64,000 nucleotides of DNA from contig CM052818.1 of NCBI GenBank assembly GCA_028534125.1, forward strand, positions 436,001-500,000, in the 5' to 3' direction. The translations under genes and the position numbers were made by a program. Below the pieces are notes generated by a model. The model was not told the DNA's origin and ran no database searches. It worked only from the letters and a program-made list of their open reading frames with translations. This stretch comes from Lama glama (taxonomy: Eukaryota). The number at the start of each line of letters is the position of its first letter. Position 1 is the first letter of the stretch. This document shows, one piece after another, positions 25,632 through 40,355 of the stretch.

Positions 25632-27340
25632 TTTTTTATTTATTTACTTTTAACATTTTTTAAATTGAGTTATAGTCATTTTACAATGTTGTGTCAAATT
25701 TCAGTGTAGAGCACAATTTTTCAATTATACGTGAATATACATATATTCATTGTCACATTTTTTTCGCTGTGAGCTACCACAAGATCTTGTATATATTTCC
25801 CTGTGCTATGCAGTATAATGCTGTTTATCTATTCTACATTTTGGAATCTCAGTCTGTCCCTTCCTACCCCCCACCCCTTTGGCAACCACAAGTTTGTATT
25901 CTGTCTATGAGTCTGTTTCTGTTTTGTATTTATTTTTTTTAGATTCTGCATATGAGCGATCTCATATGGTATTTTTCTTTCTCTTTCTGGCTTACTTCAT
26001 TTAGAATGACATTCTCCAGGAATATCCATGTTGCTGCAAATGGTGTTATGTTGTCAGTTTTTATGGCTGAATAGTATTCCATTGTATAAGTATACCACAG
26101 CTTCTTTATCCAGTCATCTGTTGATGGACATTTAGGCTGTTTCCATTTCTTGGCTATTGTAAATAGTGCTGCTAAACACTGGGGTGCAGGTGTCATTTTG
26201 AAGTAGGGTTGGTTCTGGATATATGCCCAGGAGCGGGATTCCTGGGTGATATGGTAAGTNNNNNNNNNNNNNNNNNNNNNNNNNNNNNNNNNNNNNNNNN
26301 NNNNNNNNNNNNNNNNNNNNNNNNNNNNNNNNNNNNNNNNNNNNNNNNNNNNNNNNNNNNNNNNNNNNNNNNNNNNNNNNNNNNNNNNNNNNNNNNNNNN
26401 NNNNNNNNNNNNNNNNNNNNNNNNNNNNNNNNNNNNNNNNNNNNNNNNNNNNNNNNNNNNNNNNNNNNNNNNNNNNNNNNNNNNNNNNNNNNNNNNNNNN
26501 NNNNNNNNNNNNNNNNNNNNNNNNNNNNNNNNNNNNNNNNNNNNNNNNNNNNNNNNNNNNNNNNNNNNNNNNNNNNNNNNNNNNNNNNNNNNNNNNNNNN
26601 NNNNNNNNNNNNNNNNNNNNNNNNNNNNNNNNNNNNNNNNNNNNNNNNNNNNNNNNNNNNNNNNNNNNNNNNNNNNNNNNNNNNNNNNNNNNNNNNNNNN
26701 NNNNNNNNNNNNNNNNNNNNNNNNNNNNNNNNNNNNNNNNNNNNNNNNNNNNNNNNNNNCTCATTGTAGTTTTGATTTGCATTTCTCTGATAATTAGTGA
26801 TATTGAGCATTTTTTCATGTGCCTATTGATCATTTGTATTTCTTCCTTGGAGAATTGCTTGTTTAGGTCTTCTGCCCATTTTTGGATTGGGTTGTTTGTT
26901 TGTTTCTTATTAAGTCATATGAGCTGCTTATATATTCTGGAGAACAAGCCTTTGTTGGTTTCATTTGCAAAAATGTTCTCCCATTCCGTAGGTTGTTGTT
27001 TTGTTTTACTTATGGTTTCCCTTGCTGTGCAGAAGCTTGTAAGTTTCATTAGGTCCCATTTGTTTCTTTTTGCTTTTATTTCCAGTGCTTGAGTAGACTG
27101 TTCTAGGAGAACATTTTTGAGATGTATGTAAGATAATGTTTTGCCTATATTTTCTTCTAGGAGTTTTATTGTATCTTGTCTTATGTTTAAGTCTTTGATC
27201 CATGTTGAGTTTATTTTTGTGTATGGCATAAGGGAGTGTTCTAGCTTCATTGCTTTACATGCTGCTGTCCAGTTTTCCCAACACCATTTGCTGAAGAGAC
27301 TGTCTTTATTCCATTGTATTCCATTCTTGCCTCCTTTGTT
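25632..27340 (-). mobile_element. Relatively young 5'-truncated L1 (ORF2 C-terminus + 3' UTR) in ACTG2 intron 3, spanning an assembly gap
   Basis: Minus-strand ORF pieces [56 protein letters not shown] and PYTKINSTWIKDLNIRQDTIKLLEENIG are L1 ORF2p segments. Confidence 0.93.
26260..26759. other. Assembly gap (500 N)
   Basis: Run of N. Confidence 1.
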
Positions 27341-28794
27341 AGAGGGATAATTTTTAAATGGCAGCTTGTGTTGAACAAAATCATGTGTGCAAAATACTAA
27401 TAGAGCCTTTCTGATATTCTTTTGATAATTTCTGCTGACGGTTGTCTGAGAGTTCTTGTTTCTGCAATGACTGCTTTTTGAAATGTGATACAGAGCTTAC
27501 TGAGCAGATTGCAACAGGGAATAAAGAAAAGTTGGTTTGAAATCTATGCTTCACATTTACTTTTCTCTAAATCTTAGATTCAGTAAACTTGGGATGTGAG
27601 ATAAATTGGTAAAATACAATAGCTTTTGCTTCACTGTTAAGAGCACAGACCCTGGAGTGAGTGGTGAGGAGATCTGGGAGCAAATCCCCCCCTCTGAGCC
27701 TCGGCTTCCTTATTTGTGGAGATAAAAATACTTTCCTCTTTGGGTGCTTTGGAGGTTGAGCTGGTCAAATATTTAATATAACCCCAAAGCATGGAACATA
27801 CTTAATGCTCAATAAATGGTACATATTATTCATATATATTGAACAATATCAAACAATCTAACTCAAAAACAACAGACAAAGTGTTTTGTTCATCATAGTA
27901 ATATGAACTCTTTAAAGGAAGCCCTAAAAATATATTATGTGCCTTAAAAGAAAAACCAAATAGGGTAAAGCTATCAAATCTTCTCAAATTAATTTATAGT
28001 CTCATTGCCATTCTAATAAAAATCCCACAATGTTTAAAATTGTATGTATTCAAGGTACACAACTTGATGGTTTGATACGTGTATACATTATGTAACAGTC
28101 ACCATATTCAAGCTAATTAACGTGTCTACTACCTCACATAGTTGTTTTTTTTTTTTCTTGTACTGAGAGCACTTGGGATTTACCCTCTTAGCAAATTTCA
28201 AGTGTACAGGACAGCATCGTTACCTAGAGTCACCAAGCTCACCAGAATTTACTCACCTACATAACTAAAACCCTGGACCCCTTGACCAACTTCCCACTTT
28301 CCCTTCCCCCAGCTCCTGGAGACCAGCACTCTGCTCTCTGCTTCTGTGAGTTTGACCAAAAATATCACAAGTTTTAATTATGCACGATAATCATAAAGGA
28401 TGGGGAAATAAATAAGGCAAAATCTATGAGAGTAAAGTGAATAAGAAAAACTATGAGAGGAGACTTGCCACATCCAAACATTAAGATATAATGTAGAGTT
28501 ACAAAAAATCAAACGATTTGGTACTAGTACAGTGGTAAAAAGGAAATACATGGTAAGTGAAACTTCCAACACCAGATGGGAGAAAAGGATTATTTAATGA
28601 ACTGTTCTCTGACAGCCGATGAGTTATTTGGGGGACGGGGAATCTGTTTATTGACCTTACCTCGTACCGTTTCATCCAACAAATATCAATTGAATATAAA
28701 AGTAAAAATTCAAATGATAAAGAATACAATATAGTAAGTACGAGTATTTATTAAACTTCCGGTGAAAGAAGTCATAGGGAAAAAGAATGACAAA

Positions 28795-29039
28795 GGGGGG
28801 AGGATATAGCTCAGTGGCAGAGGGCATGCTTAGCACACATGACTGGACTACGTTCTGGGTTAATCCCCAGTATCTCTGTTAAATAAATAAACAAACAAAC
28901 AAACAAACCTAATTACTTACCCCCTACCCCAAAAAAGCAAGAGAAAACCTTAAATAAATAAATAAATAAAAATTTTGAAAATAAATTTTAAAAAACTGAT
29001 GGAATCTGCCCCCAAAAAACAACAGAAAAAGAGAAAACC

Positions 29040-29091
<52 letters not shown>

Positions 29092-29100
29092 TTATAAAAA
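28795..29100 (+). mobile_element. tRNA-Ala-derived SINE (Vic-1-like) with extended, duplicated tail
   Basis: Head tatagctcagtggcagag...taatccccag and (AAAT)n tail. TSD-like AAAA(A/G)GAATGACA at 28780-28792 and 29102-29114. Confidence 0.85.
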
Positions 29101-30819
29101 GAAAAGGAATGACAGATATGATGTCTTAAATATCATAACTTCTGGTTGATACATGAAAAATAAAACCAAATTTAAAAGGCAAACAACAAATTACAAACAA
29201 TGTTCACCAAATGCGTGGATGTGTGTCCATGATTGGGACATTGTGCTGTACACCAGAAATTGACACACTGTAAATGACTACTTCAATAACAAAAATTTTT
29301 TCAATGTTCACAACAAATGCAATGGAGGATTAATATAAACAGCTTCTGTCAATTGATAATTAAAAACAGTAACTCTCCACCAGAGAAGTAATCAAGGGAC
29401 ATAACCTGATAATTGGCCAAAAAGAAATTATCAAAAGCTGACAGTCTGGAAAAGTTTAAACTTCTTTGAAAAATTATTTTTAAAACTTATTTTAAAATGC
29501 AAAGTAAAAAAAACTAGGTGTTATTTTTACCTATCAATCTATTTCGTATTTTAAGAGTAAGAATACTAAATGCAGGAAAGGATAAAACAAGTGTCTTCAT
29601 ATTCTGAACTAAAGACCAATTTAGCCTCTTTGTGGGTAATAGAAATCGAAAGGTTTTCCAATTGCCATCCTCTTTAGCCCACTGATTCTACTTTCAGAAC
29701 TTTTTTCTTTGGAAAACATCCTGAAAAGAAAAAAGAAAATATAATATACACAAAGATGGCTATCACAAGATTATTTATAAGCAAAAATCAGATACCTTGA
29801 ATAGCACTGTGATTAAATATATGATGGTGAACTATACGAAAAATGTTGCATAACTCTTAAAAATAATTTTTTGTTCAATTTATTAAAAATAAATGTTTTC
29901 CATGAGAAAGAAAGTTATTTATGTTATATTAACTGAAAGCTGACAGGAAACAAAATCAAGCATAAAAGTATAATAAGAGTGAATAACAAATAAGTGAAAG
30001 TATGTAAAGTAAATAAATGGTAATAATAATACATTTGAAAATACAGAAAGATGAAAGTTTAGGGAGAAGGAAAAGGCCAGAATGTTCATTAGTAGGTGAT
30101 GGAAATATGGGGAATTTTTATTCCTCTTAAAAATATTTCTCTGATTTTAAAATTGTTAACATCTTTAATCTTTCAAGTACTTTATAAAATCTCCCCAAAA
30201 TGAAAGAAAATCAAGTGCAGACGCTTGGTCCCAGCACCCGGAGATTCCGATTCGTGGGTCTGGGATACAGCCTAGGCACCTGCAGCTGTAACACCTGTCC
30301 CAGGTCATTCTGTTACAAAGCGTCAGGGACCCACATCTGAGGAAATTCTGACATCACGTGACTGAGACCTGTTGCCATCTCTCGTGTGTCTCCTGGGCGC
30401 CTTCCACAGTCCAGGCTTCCCCTTGTGCCATTTGCTCTCAAGATGCCTTTCTCAGTCTCTGCAGACCTTCCTTTGCCTTCAGGGCCCACTCAAATCTCCC
30501 AGAAAATGAACTTCTCCTGCCTCTTCCTTCACTTAAATCTGGATGTGTCTTTGTATTTTGTCTTTTCCACTGCCTGTCTCCTCTCTAGACTTTGAAACTA
30601 AGATCTCGGGGCCGTGTCTGATTCCTGTCTGCCTTCATCACACTCAGCACCATCCTAGCACAAAGCGAGGGTCCGTGAATACACGGGTACAATGGACTCA
30701 AAGGGCCCCGTGCCCCACCTCTGATGAAATCAAAGCCCTACGTCCCTGCCACTCTTTGCCGAATCCCTCTGGGTCGCTGAAGAGGGAACTGGGCACAGAG
30801 CAAAGAAATCACTTCCTCT

Positions 30820-31010
30820 GCAGCGGTGATTCTCAGCCAGGGCGATTTGGCCTCCCAGCGGGCATTTGGCCATGTCTGGAGATTATTTTCGCTCATCGAG
30901 CTCCAGAGATGCTACTGGCACCTAGTGAGTGGGAGTCAGGGATGCTGCTGAACATTCCGTGATGCACAGGGCAGCGCCCCACGACGAGGAATTATCCAAG
31001 CTGAAAAGTC
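30820..31010. mobile_element. MER20-like hAT element
   Basis: cagcggtgattctcagccagggcgattt...tgtctggaga...tgctactggcacctagtgagt...gggatgctgctgaacattc. Confidence 0.7.
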
Positions 31011-31568
31011 TAAGTGAAAGTTCACGCATATCTGTCAGGTTTCAGCAGGAAATCATAGACACCGAGCTGGGGTTTTGAAATTAATTTAAGGAAGGACGAC
31101 TTACAGAGGTGTCAGCAGGATTAGGGAACCAGAACGGATGTGGAGGCACCCAAGTACTAGCAACAGAGGAAGCTCTTATGGTTGTAAGGCCGAATGGGGC
31201 AAGGGCAGCGTCACCAGGGCTCAGTGACAGCTGGAGCCTGAAAAGGGGCTGCCCAAGAGGAGCTGTGCTCAGGGACGGCCACATCGCTGCCAGGAGGACC
31301 CCTGCCCTCCTCCCTTCTCCCTCCTCTCACTCTCCAGCCTCTTGCTGGTATCTTCCATCAGCCAGACACAGCCAGGAACCAGAGAGCTGCAATGGGCCTG
31401 GCCCCCCAGGGCACAGAGCAGGAGCGAGAAGGGAGAAGAATAAAGAGGAGGCAAGTTCAGGTGGAAATAATCAACATGCTAAGTCTATTGGCCCCAAGTC
31501 TGAGTCCTGTCTGGGGCCCTTTTGAGAAGGAATATAGCCTCTAAAGGTCAATCAGAAATTCCCAGGAT

Positions 31569-32053
<485 letters not shown>

Positions 32054-32173
32054 TGAGGACCTGCTGCGTGTGTAGTCCATGCCAGCCCTGTGGGACGTGG
32101 GAGTGGGGTAAATAGGCACAGTTCTGCTCTAAACAAAACCACAAGCCATTCTGTGGGCCAAGAGGTGCTGTGA

Positions 32174-32299
<126 letters not shown>

Positions 32300-33848
32300 T
32301 AGCACTGTAATCCGCTCCCTTTCTGACTAGAGGGGCAGGAAGGGAGAGCTGGGCTTCTGCAGAGGTTCCTGTTCAGAAGAATCTAAGGGGCAGCTACCAA
32401 GGAAGACCTCGGTTAGGGATAACAGAAGGGAAACCCACGTAGAATGCAGATGTGAGTCTACCCAGTATAGCCGGAAAGAGTTTACAGGAACAAACCATGA
32501 CTAGGCAAGGGCCACTTCCCTCCCCGCAGTCAGTCTGGAGCTCATACACACTTCCCAGCAGTATTGGAATGTTTCTGCTCGTGAAGCAGCAGCGGCAGAA
32601 CCCGTGATGGTGGGTGTGTAAGTAGGATGCAGCCTCGGTATAGACAGGTGCTCAGGGAAACAGAGCAATTTTTAATAGGGACTTGACCACTTCCATGAAC
32701 ATCATTTAAACGTTCATTCACGTATTCATTGGTTTGCCCTTTTATTCATTCGTTCAGCAAATATTTTTTCCCTTACTCCCTACCACATGCCAAACACTGC
32801 ATCAGGCCGTGGGCACACACTGACAAACGAGACAGACCCAGCTGTTACAGAGCTGACAGCCTCGTGGAGGAGAGACAAAAGTAAAAGCTAATTTTGCTGC
32901 AGGTGATAAGGACAGTGATGGGGAAATACAGAGTATATACAGTTCGGTATCCTGCTCTTTGCACTTGGCTGTATGTTGTGAATGTTGTGTTTAACGGCCA
33001 CGTGGTACTCATTGTATGCTGGTTCCAAGATTTATTTAATTATTTTACCATTTCTCTATTGCTGAACTTTTAGGTTATCTCCAGGGTTTTTTTTTTTAAT
33101 ACAATATGCTGTGATCAACATCCTTGTGTAAGAGTAAGCTACTGGTCTCTGGATATTTATTTGGGATCTGGCCCTTACTGAACCTTCTTATTAACTCTGA
33201 CGATTTCTCAGTTGATTCTCTGAGGTCTTCTAGGTATACAACCATATCGTCTGCAAACAATGAAAATTCTGTTTCCCTTGATAACAATACCTGTTATTTC
33301 TATTTTCTGTCTTATTGCGTTGGCTAGAACATGCAGGACATTATTCAATCATAATCATACAACAACACTATTGTAGTGTTTCTCCCGTCAATTATGCTGT
33401 GGCTGTTGGATCTAGAGGGATTTCTTATCATATTGAGAAAACTTATTTCCCTTCTCGGTTTACTAAAAGGTTCATCAGTAGAGAATGTTGTTTTTTCAAG
33501 CTGGTTTTTACTGTCGTTTTAGAGCTAACATTCTAACTGCATGGGCACACGTGTTAGTTTGATGCCTGAAGAATGCGCAACTTATCCAGCCTTGCTTAGC
33601 GGAAGTGCATCCTAGATGCCAGTTGACATGGCACTTCTGTGACATGGAACAGAGGAAGAGGAGACATTTTACTTGTCTTCCAGAAGACTACAGTCTCACT
33701 GGGGAGAATAAACTGACACACACAAAAATTGATGTACACAAAAGAAATATGAGTGATGATTCTCACAGTGGGTGAATTTTCTAGCTGCTAAAGAAAAATA
33801 TGGTAGCAGAATTGCATTTGGTAACAGGTCCCACAAAGAGGCAGATGA

Positions 33849-34100
<252 letters not shown>

Positions 34101-34793
34101 TGATCTAGGACCAGAGGTTTTCAGGACTAACGAGAAGTCAGTGGTCCTGAGTCCCCGAACTCCCTTAGGGTAGACAGGGAGGCCCTGGTCTGGGGTTGGG
34201 CCCCTGGACTGTCTGGACAAGACCAGGTAGTCAAGGCAGCCTTATTTAAGGAGGAATGTTACCGACCAAGACACCCTGGGGAGAAGGACAAGGCTTACAC
34301 TTTCTTATCCTAAGAAGCACTCAGCTTCACCCTCCTTTAAGTGCTTTTTCATAGCACCCCCTCCCTCTCCGGGGACCTGCCACCTCTATCTACGTCCACA
34401 CTAGGATCAGAGCAAGTTTTTATGGGCCTGAATGGTGGTAAGGATTTGGTGGTGCCTTCCATTATTTAGGGGGCATTTATGGTTTGTCTGAGGACAAATG
34501 GAATAAATAAAGCCTGAATTTCTAAGGGGAAGCAGCCCCCTGGGCAGGAAGAATGCTTAATAGGGGTCTTCCTAGATTCTATATGATCCCGGCATCTAAG
34601 CCTCCACCTAGAGGGGAAGTGTGTCCTGCCAGGCCCTCAGGGAGGCTGCAGCTACATCAGGGCAGAGTGATGGGAGCAAGATGAAAAGCATTTGCAAAGA
34701 TTTCCGTGGGAAGCAAGATTTTGAACTTCCACTTTAGAAAGAGGAATGAAGGCATTAACATTCATCCTGAGACTGAGTCCAAAGGAGAAGTAA

Positions 34794-35195
<402 letters not shown>

Positions 35196-35964
35196 TGAGC
35201 AATACCACTAGATAAATTTCAATTTTAAATAAAAGGGTAAGGAAATCAAAATAAAGGAAAAGGCGGGTAGGGAATAGAACATGAAACTAAGAATGAGGTT
35301 AAATCACAAAGCCCGCTTGGATCCCTCAACATTTAGGTCATGGGATCTGAAACCTGTACAGTAAACAGGATGGGTCAGACCTGGTTTCAGTCCTGATTCT
35401 GCTCCTTCAAGCCCTGTCACCTTGGACATGTTACCTTTTCAAACGTCAGTTTTCTTACCTCTAAAGTGGAAATCATGATAGTACTACCAGATAGGGTTGC
35501 CGCAAGGATTAGAAAAGATAGTATTTAATCCAAGGACAGCTACTTTCTTGAGGAGTGGATGAGAGAAGGGCCTGTAAGCAAAGGTTGACTTAACATTAAG
35601 GGTAGTGGTAAACAGCAAACTGGACAAAGTGCTATCGGCCTAAGAAGCCAGGGAGGGCTTCTCAGAGAAGGTGAATATTTGAACAGAGCCTTGAAGAGTA
35701 AGTGTCATTTTATGGTATCTGGGGATGAGAGGAGTGCAGAGTGAGGAATGGCATGCAAGGCAGATGGAAAGGTATGTGCAAAGCACAGAGGAGTGAAAAG
35801 TCATGTTCTGTGTGGGACATGATGGGTCACGTGTGTGTGTGTGTGTGTGTGTTTGCACATAGAGGAAACTGGAGAGAGCCACTGGGCCACACAAAGACCA
35901 TGGGGGTTAATCATATCAGCAATGTAGTCCCCTGGAAGCTTTTTTTTATTTTGGATAAAGAAGA

Positions 35965-36039
35965 TGTGATATGTATACATACACACACTATATATATATA
36001 TATACACATACACACACACATATACATTTATATACACAC

Positions 36040-36077
<38 letters not shown>

Positions 36078-36110
36078 ATGTGTATGTATGTGTGTGTGTG
36101 TATATATATA
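35965..36110. repeat. Complex (TA)n/(CA)n/(TG)n microsatellite
   Basis: Directly visible. Another (TG)n lies at about 35831-35852. Confidence 0.9.
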
Positions 36111-36359
36111 CGATGGAATACTCACCTGGAAGTTTCTAGGCAGCAGTGTAGCAAAGTCAGTTTTTCACTTTAGGAAGATTCCTCTGTCTACGGTATGGAA
36201 TTACATCACATGGAAAAAGGACTGGAAGTGGGGGAGGCCAGATAGGTGGGCATGAGATGGTTTGGCATGCAAACTTTTTACTGTGGAAGATCTGGGCGCC
36301 AGGCTAAGGTAGCTAGCTGTCAACCTGCAGGCAGTGGGGGACTGTCAAGGTAATATGAT

Positions 36360-36900
36360 GGGTATATCCATGCCACGGAATTATAATTTGGCTATAACAT
36401 GGGTGAATCTTGGCAAACATTATGCTAAGTGAAAGGAGCCAGACACAAAAGGACAAGCATTACGTGGTTCCATTTATATGACATGTCCAAAATAGGCAAA
36501 TCTCTAGAGATGAAAAATGGATTAGTGGTTGTCTAAAGGGTGAAGTGGTTGCAAAGTGGTCACGAAGGGGTGGAGTGGAAAATGGAGAGTGTCTGCTAAT
36601 GGGTACAGAGATTATTTTTGATTTACTTATTTATTTATTTATTTTGGGGGAGGTAATAAGGTTTATTTACTTTTTTATTTTTAGAGGAGGTACTGGGGAT
36701 TGAACCCAGGACCTTGTGCATGCTAAGCATGAGCTATACCCTCCCTCCTATTTTTGAGGTGTTAAACATGTTCTAAAATTAGATTGTGGTGATGGTTGCA
36801 CAACTCTGTGAATATACTAAAAACTACTAAACTATACACTGTAAAAGGGTGACTATTATGGTACATGAATTCTATCTCAATAAAGCTATGCAGAAAAAAA
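36360..36900 (+). mobile_element. Old L1 3' end hosting a SINE
   Basis: tatgctaagtgaaaggagccagacacaaaagg...aaattagattgtggtgatggttgcacaactctgtgaatatactaaaa...tctcaataaagct. Confidence 0.75.
36622..36748 (-). mobile_element. Vic-1-like SINE with short internal deletion, nested in L1
   Basis: TSD TATTTTTGA at 36613-36621 and 36749-36757. Lacks the ctctaccact segment present in sister copies. Confidence 0.85.
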
Positions 36901-37123
36901 TGATACAATGAAAGTGTTTCTTTAGAAACATACCTCAGGCAACAATGTGAAAGACCAGTCAGAGCAGGGGCGAGCTAAAGGCAGGGCGATGACCAGTGGA
37001 GGGTCTGACCTTGTAATCCATCAGGAAGGTGATTAAGGGTCTGAACAAGGGTAGCTGCAACAACAGGAGGGGCACTTGAGGAGCAGCAGGTGTGGGGTGA
37101 TGGATGCTGACTAGATACTCTGA

Positions 37124-37402
<279 letters not shown>

Positions 37403-39184
37403 TAGCTTGGTAGTCCCCTGGGTGCACCCTCATCCTGGCCTGAGACAGATTTCATCTCGGGGGATTATGTTCCTTGGGTGCTGATGAGCTGGAGACACAC
37501 TTAGCTTGGGCTCTCAAACATAATTGGATGGACGCCATACCAGAAGAAGGTAAAAGAATTTGGGATGGAGAGAATGCTGAGGGGGGTGAGAAGGAAATGA
37601 GAAGGGAAAGAGAAGAAGGAGGCAACATCACAGCATCTTTGAATTTTAAAAAGGACCTGGGCATCACCACAGAGGAAGGTGAAATTTCCAAAGAGAGAAT
37701 GTTGGCCAGATGACAGGCTGCTGGTTCAAACTCACAGGGATGTTCCCGGATTCCTGGACAGCCTCTGATCTGTTGTCCCATCTTGGCCACAGCCCTCCCA
37801 CGCTGCTTCTCACCCCAGAGGCCTCATCAGAACAGGAGCTCATCTGTCTTACTGCTTCTCCCTGACCCCCGCCCCCCGTCCCCAAGCAATCATACAGACA
37901 TGCTTAGGGCTTCTAGGAACTTGGCTGCTAGCAGGGTTAGAAAGAGCTGGGTGAAGGAGAGAGATAACAAATAGGTTGAAAGCTACAAAGTCTCACATTA
38001 AAGTTGGTGTCTGGGGAGCAGGCCTGCTCTGAGGAAGTGTATTCTCTACAATCAGTATTCTGAGAACCTCCTTCACAGACGCCTTCCACTTGCCTAGCAG
38101 ATGGTGCTCAGCTCAGGGAAGCAGAGTGGGCCACCAGCAAGCAGGGGAGAACCTGTGGGCTCTTTTTACCCGGAGCCACTGGAGCAGCCATGCTGATTGA
38201 GGCCTGCCACATGGGGGACACTGTGCCAGGCCTGGGCGGGGCCGTGTGTCAGGGTACTGCACCTAGCATCACCCGCAGAGTCCGGTTCGATAGGTATGAG
38301 ATGCCCCCATCACCTACACGGATACAGGGACACCAGTGAATTGATGCATATCCCAATTCATGAGCCACTGCCCTGACTTTAGTCATACGTGTCGGCCTTC
38401 AAGTTTAGGATCTAAGTAGTGGACATGATGAATGGAAGAAGGGCTTAAACAAGCCCAGAGGAGGGGAAGGGGCACTGCAGGCAGGGGAAATAGAGTGAAC
38501 AAAGGTGCCCAGGGGTGTGTGTGCAGGTACGAACACCCCAGCCAGATTGTGCAGGAAGATGTGTGTAGAGGCACTGGGGGAGATGGGGACAGGGAAGAAG
38601 GGATGTGTGGTGGGAGTGGGGCTGATTCAGGGCCTCCTGCTCAAGACAACCCAGAGTTTTCTCACGACTAGAACTGCCTGGCAATAAACTCTTTAACCTT
38701 CCTAGTAGCTGTGCCAGTCATTGAGGTGTCTGTCAAGGAAGCAATAAGGCAACTTTTGTCTGCCTGAATCATAAGATAGCTCCTAAAGACCCTACTTATC
38801 CTGCAATTCCATGATGCTCTGCAATTTAGGAAATATGTACCGAGATTCTTAGGAGACAAAAAAAAATCAGTTTTGTGTATGATTTGTTCTGGCACTGAGT
38901 TCTTAGTCCCTGTAGAAATCGGAATTAGTTGAAGAGTAACAGTCATTCTGGATCCACTTTTAGGTGGAGTGCAAAGTTGCTGGACATGATAACCAATTTC
39001 TAAAGGCCAAACTCAGGACTCCCAGTGGCAAGGATGAATGATGTACATATGAATTTGAGCACTTCTCTGAAACGAGTGACTGTTGAGTAGACTGGCTCAG
39101 ACTCAGGAATGCAGGGATCCCAGCCCAAACTGCCCAGGCATCCAAACTCCAGGCAAGAATAGAACAGCACTGCCTTTATAGATG

Positions 39185-39630
39185 TTTGCATTGGTCAGCT
39201 ATTGCTGCATAACAGCGACTATGAAATCTCAGGGACATTACAATAAGTTTTTATTGCTTCTGCATCTGGAGGTCAGCTGGGAGTCAGCTGATGTAGGTCC
39301 AGCTTGGCTAGGCAGCAGCTCTGCAGGTCCAGGCAACTCAGATAAGGGGCACAGTTCTCACTGTGGGGCCCAGTCTGAAGGGCCAGCAGCTCTTTAAAGG
39401 AAGCTCTTCTCGTGACGATGGCAGAGGCACAAGAAAGGGTATCTGCCTGCATGCCTGAAGCACACTTCTAGCCCCTGTGTCATGTCTGCTGACGTCCCAT
39501 GGCCAGAGTAAATACAGGGCCCAACCCAAAGTCACGGGGTGGAACAGTGCACTCTTCTCTTGGAGGGGCAGGAGCCTAAGGTGGAAAGGAGGGTTTTGAT
39601 TTGAGTAATAGTCTAACTAATCTACCGCAA
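39185..39630 (-). mobile_element. Old MLT1-type MaLR LTR
   Basis: tgcattggtcagctattgctgcataaca...tctgctgacgtcccatggccagagtaaa...ggcccaacccaaagtca. Confidence 0.55.
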
Positions 39631-39693
39631 GTTTTCTCCCGCTCCTTTCTGACCATGGAGGCTGTCCTCCTGGGCCGTCCAGCAGTGTGGTGA

Positions 39694-39906
<213 letters not shown>

Positions 39907-39964
39907 GCTCAGGGCAGATTCTCAGGGGAGCTCCCTGAGACTGCTCTGTTAACAAGCATGAAAC

Positions 39965-39970
39965 ATTAAA
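39965..39970 (+). terminator. ACTG2: ACTG2 polyadenylation signal ATTAAA (short 3' UTR)
   Basis: ATTAAA 58 nt after the stop, followed by T/GT-rich downstream sequence. Confidence 0.8.
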
Positions 39971-40355
39971 ACCTGCAAGCCTTACTTCTCTGTCTGGGGC
40001 TCTTTATTTTCCTGGGCTGTGTCTCACACACCATGCTAAGGGCTTTTCACACCTTGTTTCTAGCCCCACAATTATAGCTAGTTTACTAGTTAACCCAATG
40101 ATCCAGCTAGTTAATGGCAGAACTAGGTCCTCCCTTCTGCCTGGTGTACCCTCACTCTCTCCACCCGGCCAAGTCCCATCCTTGATGCTCTGAGCAGAAC
40201 CCACCTGGTCCTCCCAGCCGCACCTATATGGAGACAGTGGAGCCCAGTGGAAGCACATGGACCTCAATGTCAGACATTCCTCCTCCACCACCCCTGCCCT
40301 TGCCCCCAAGGGTCGGGTAGAGAAGCACCTTTTCAAAAACCCCTACAGTGTTTAT

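Noticed and set aside
26132..26833. Long ORFs containing X runs
   Set aside because: Artefact of the 500-N gap inside an L1.
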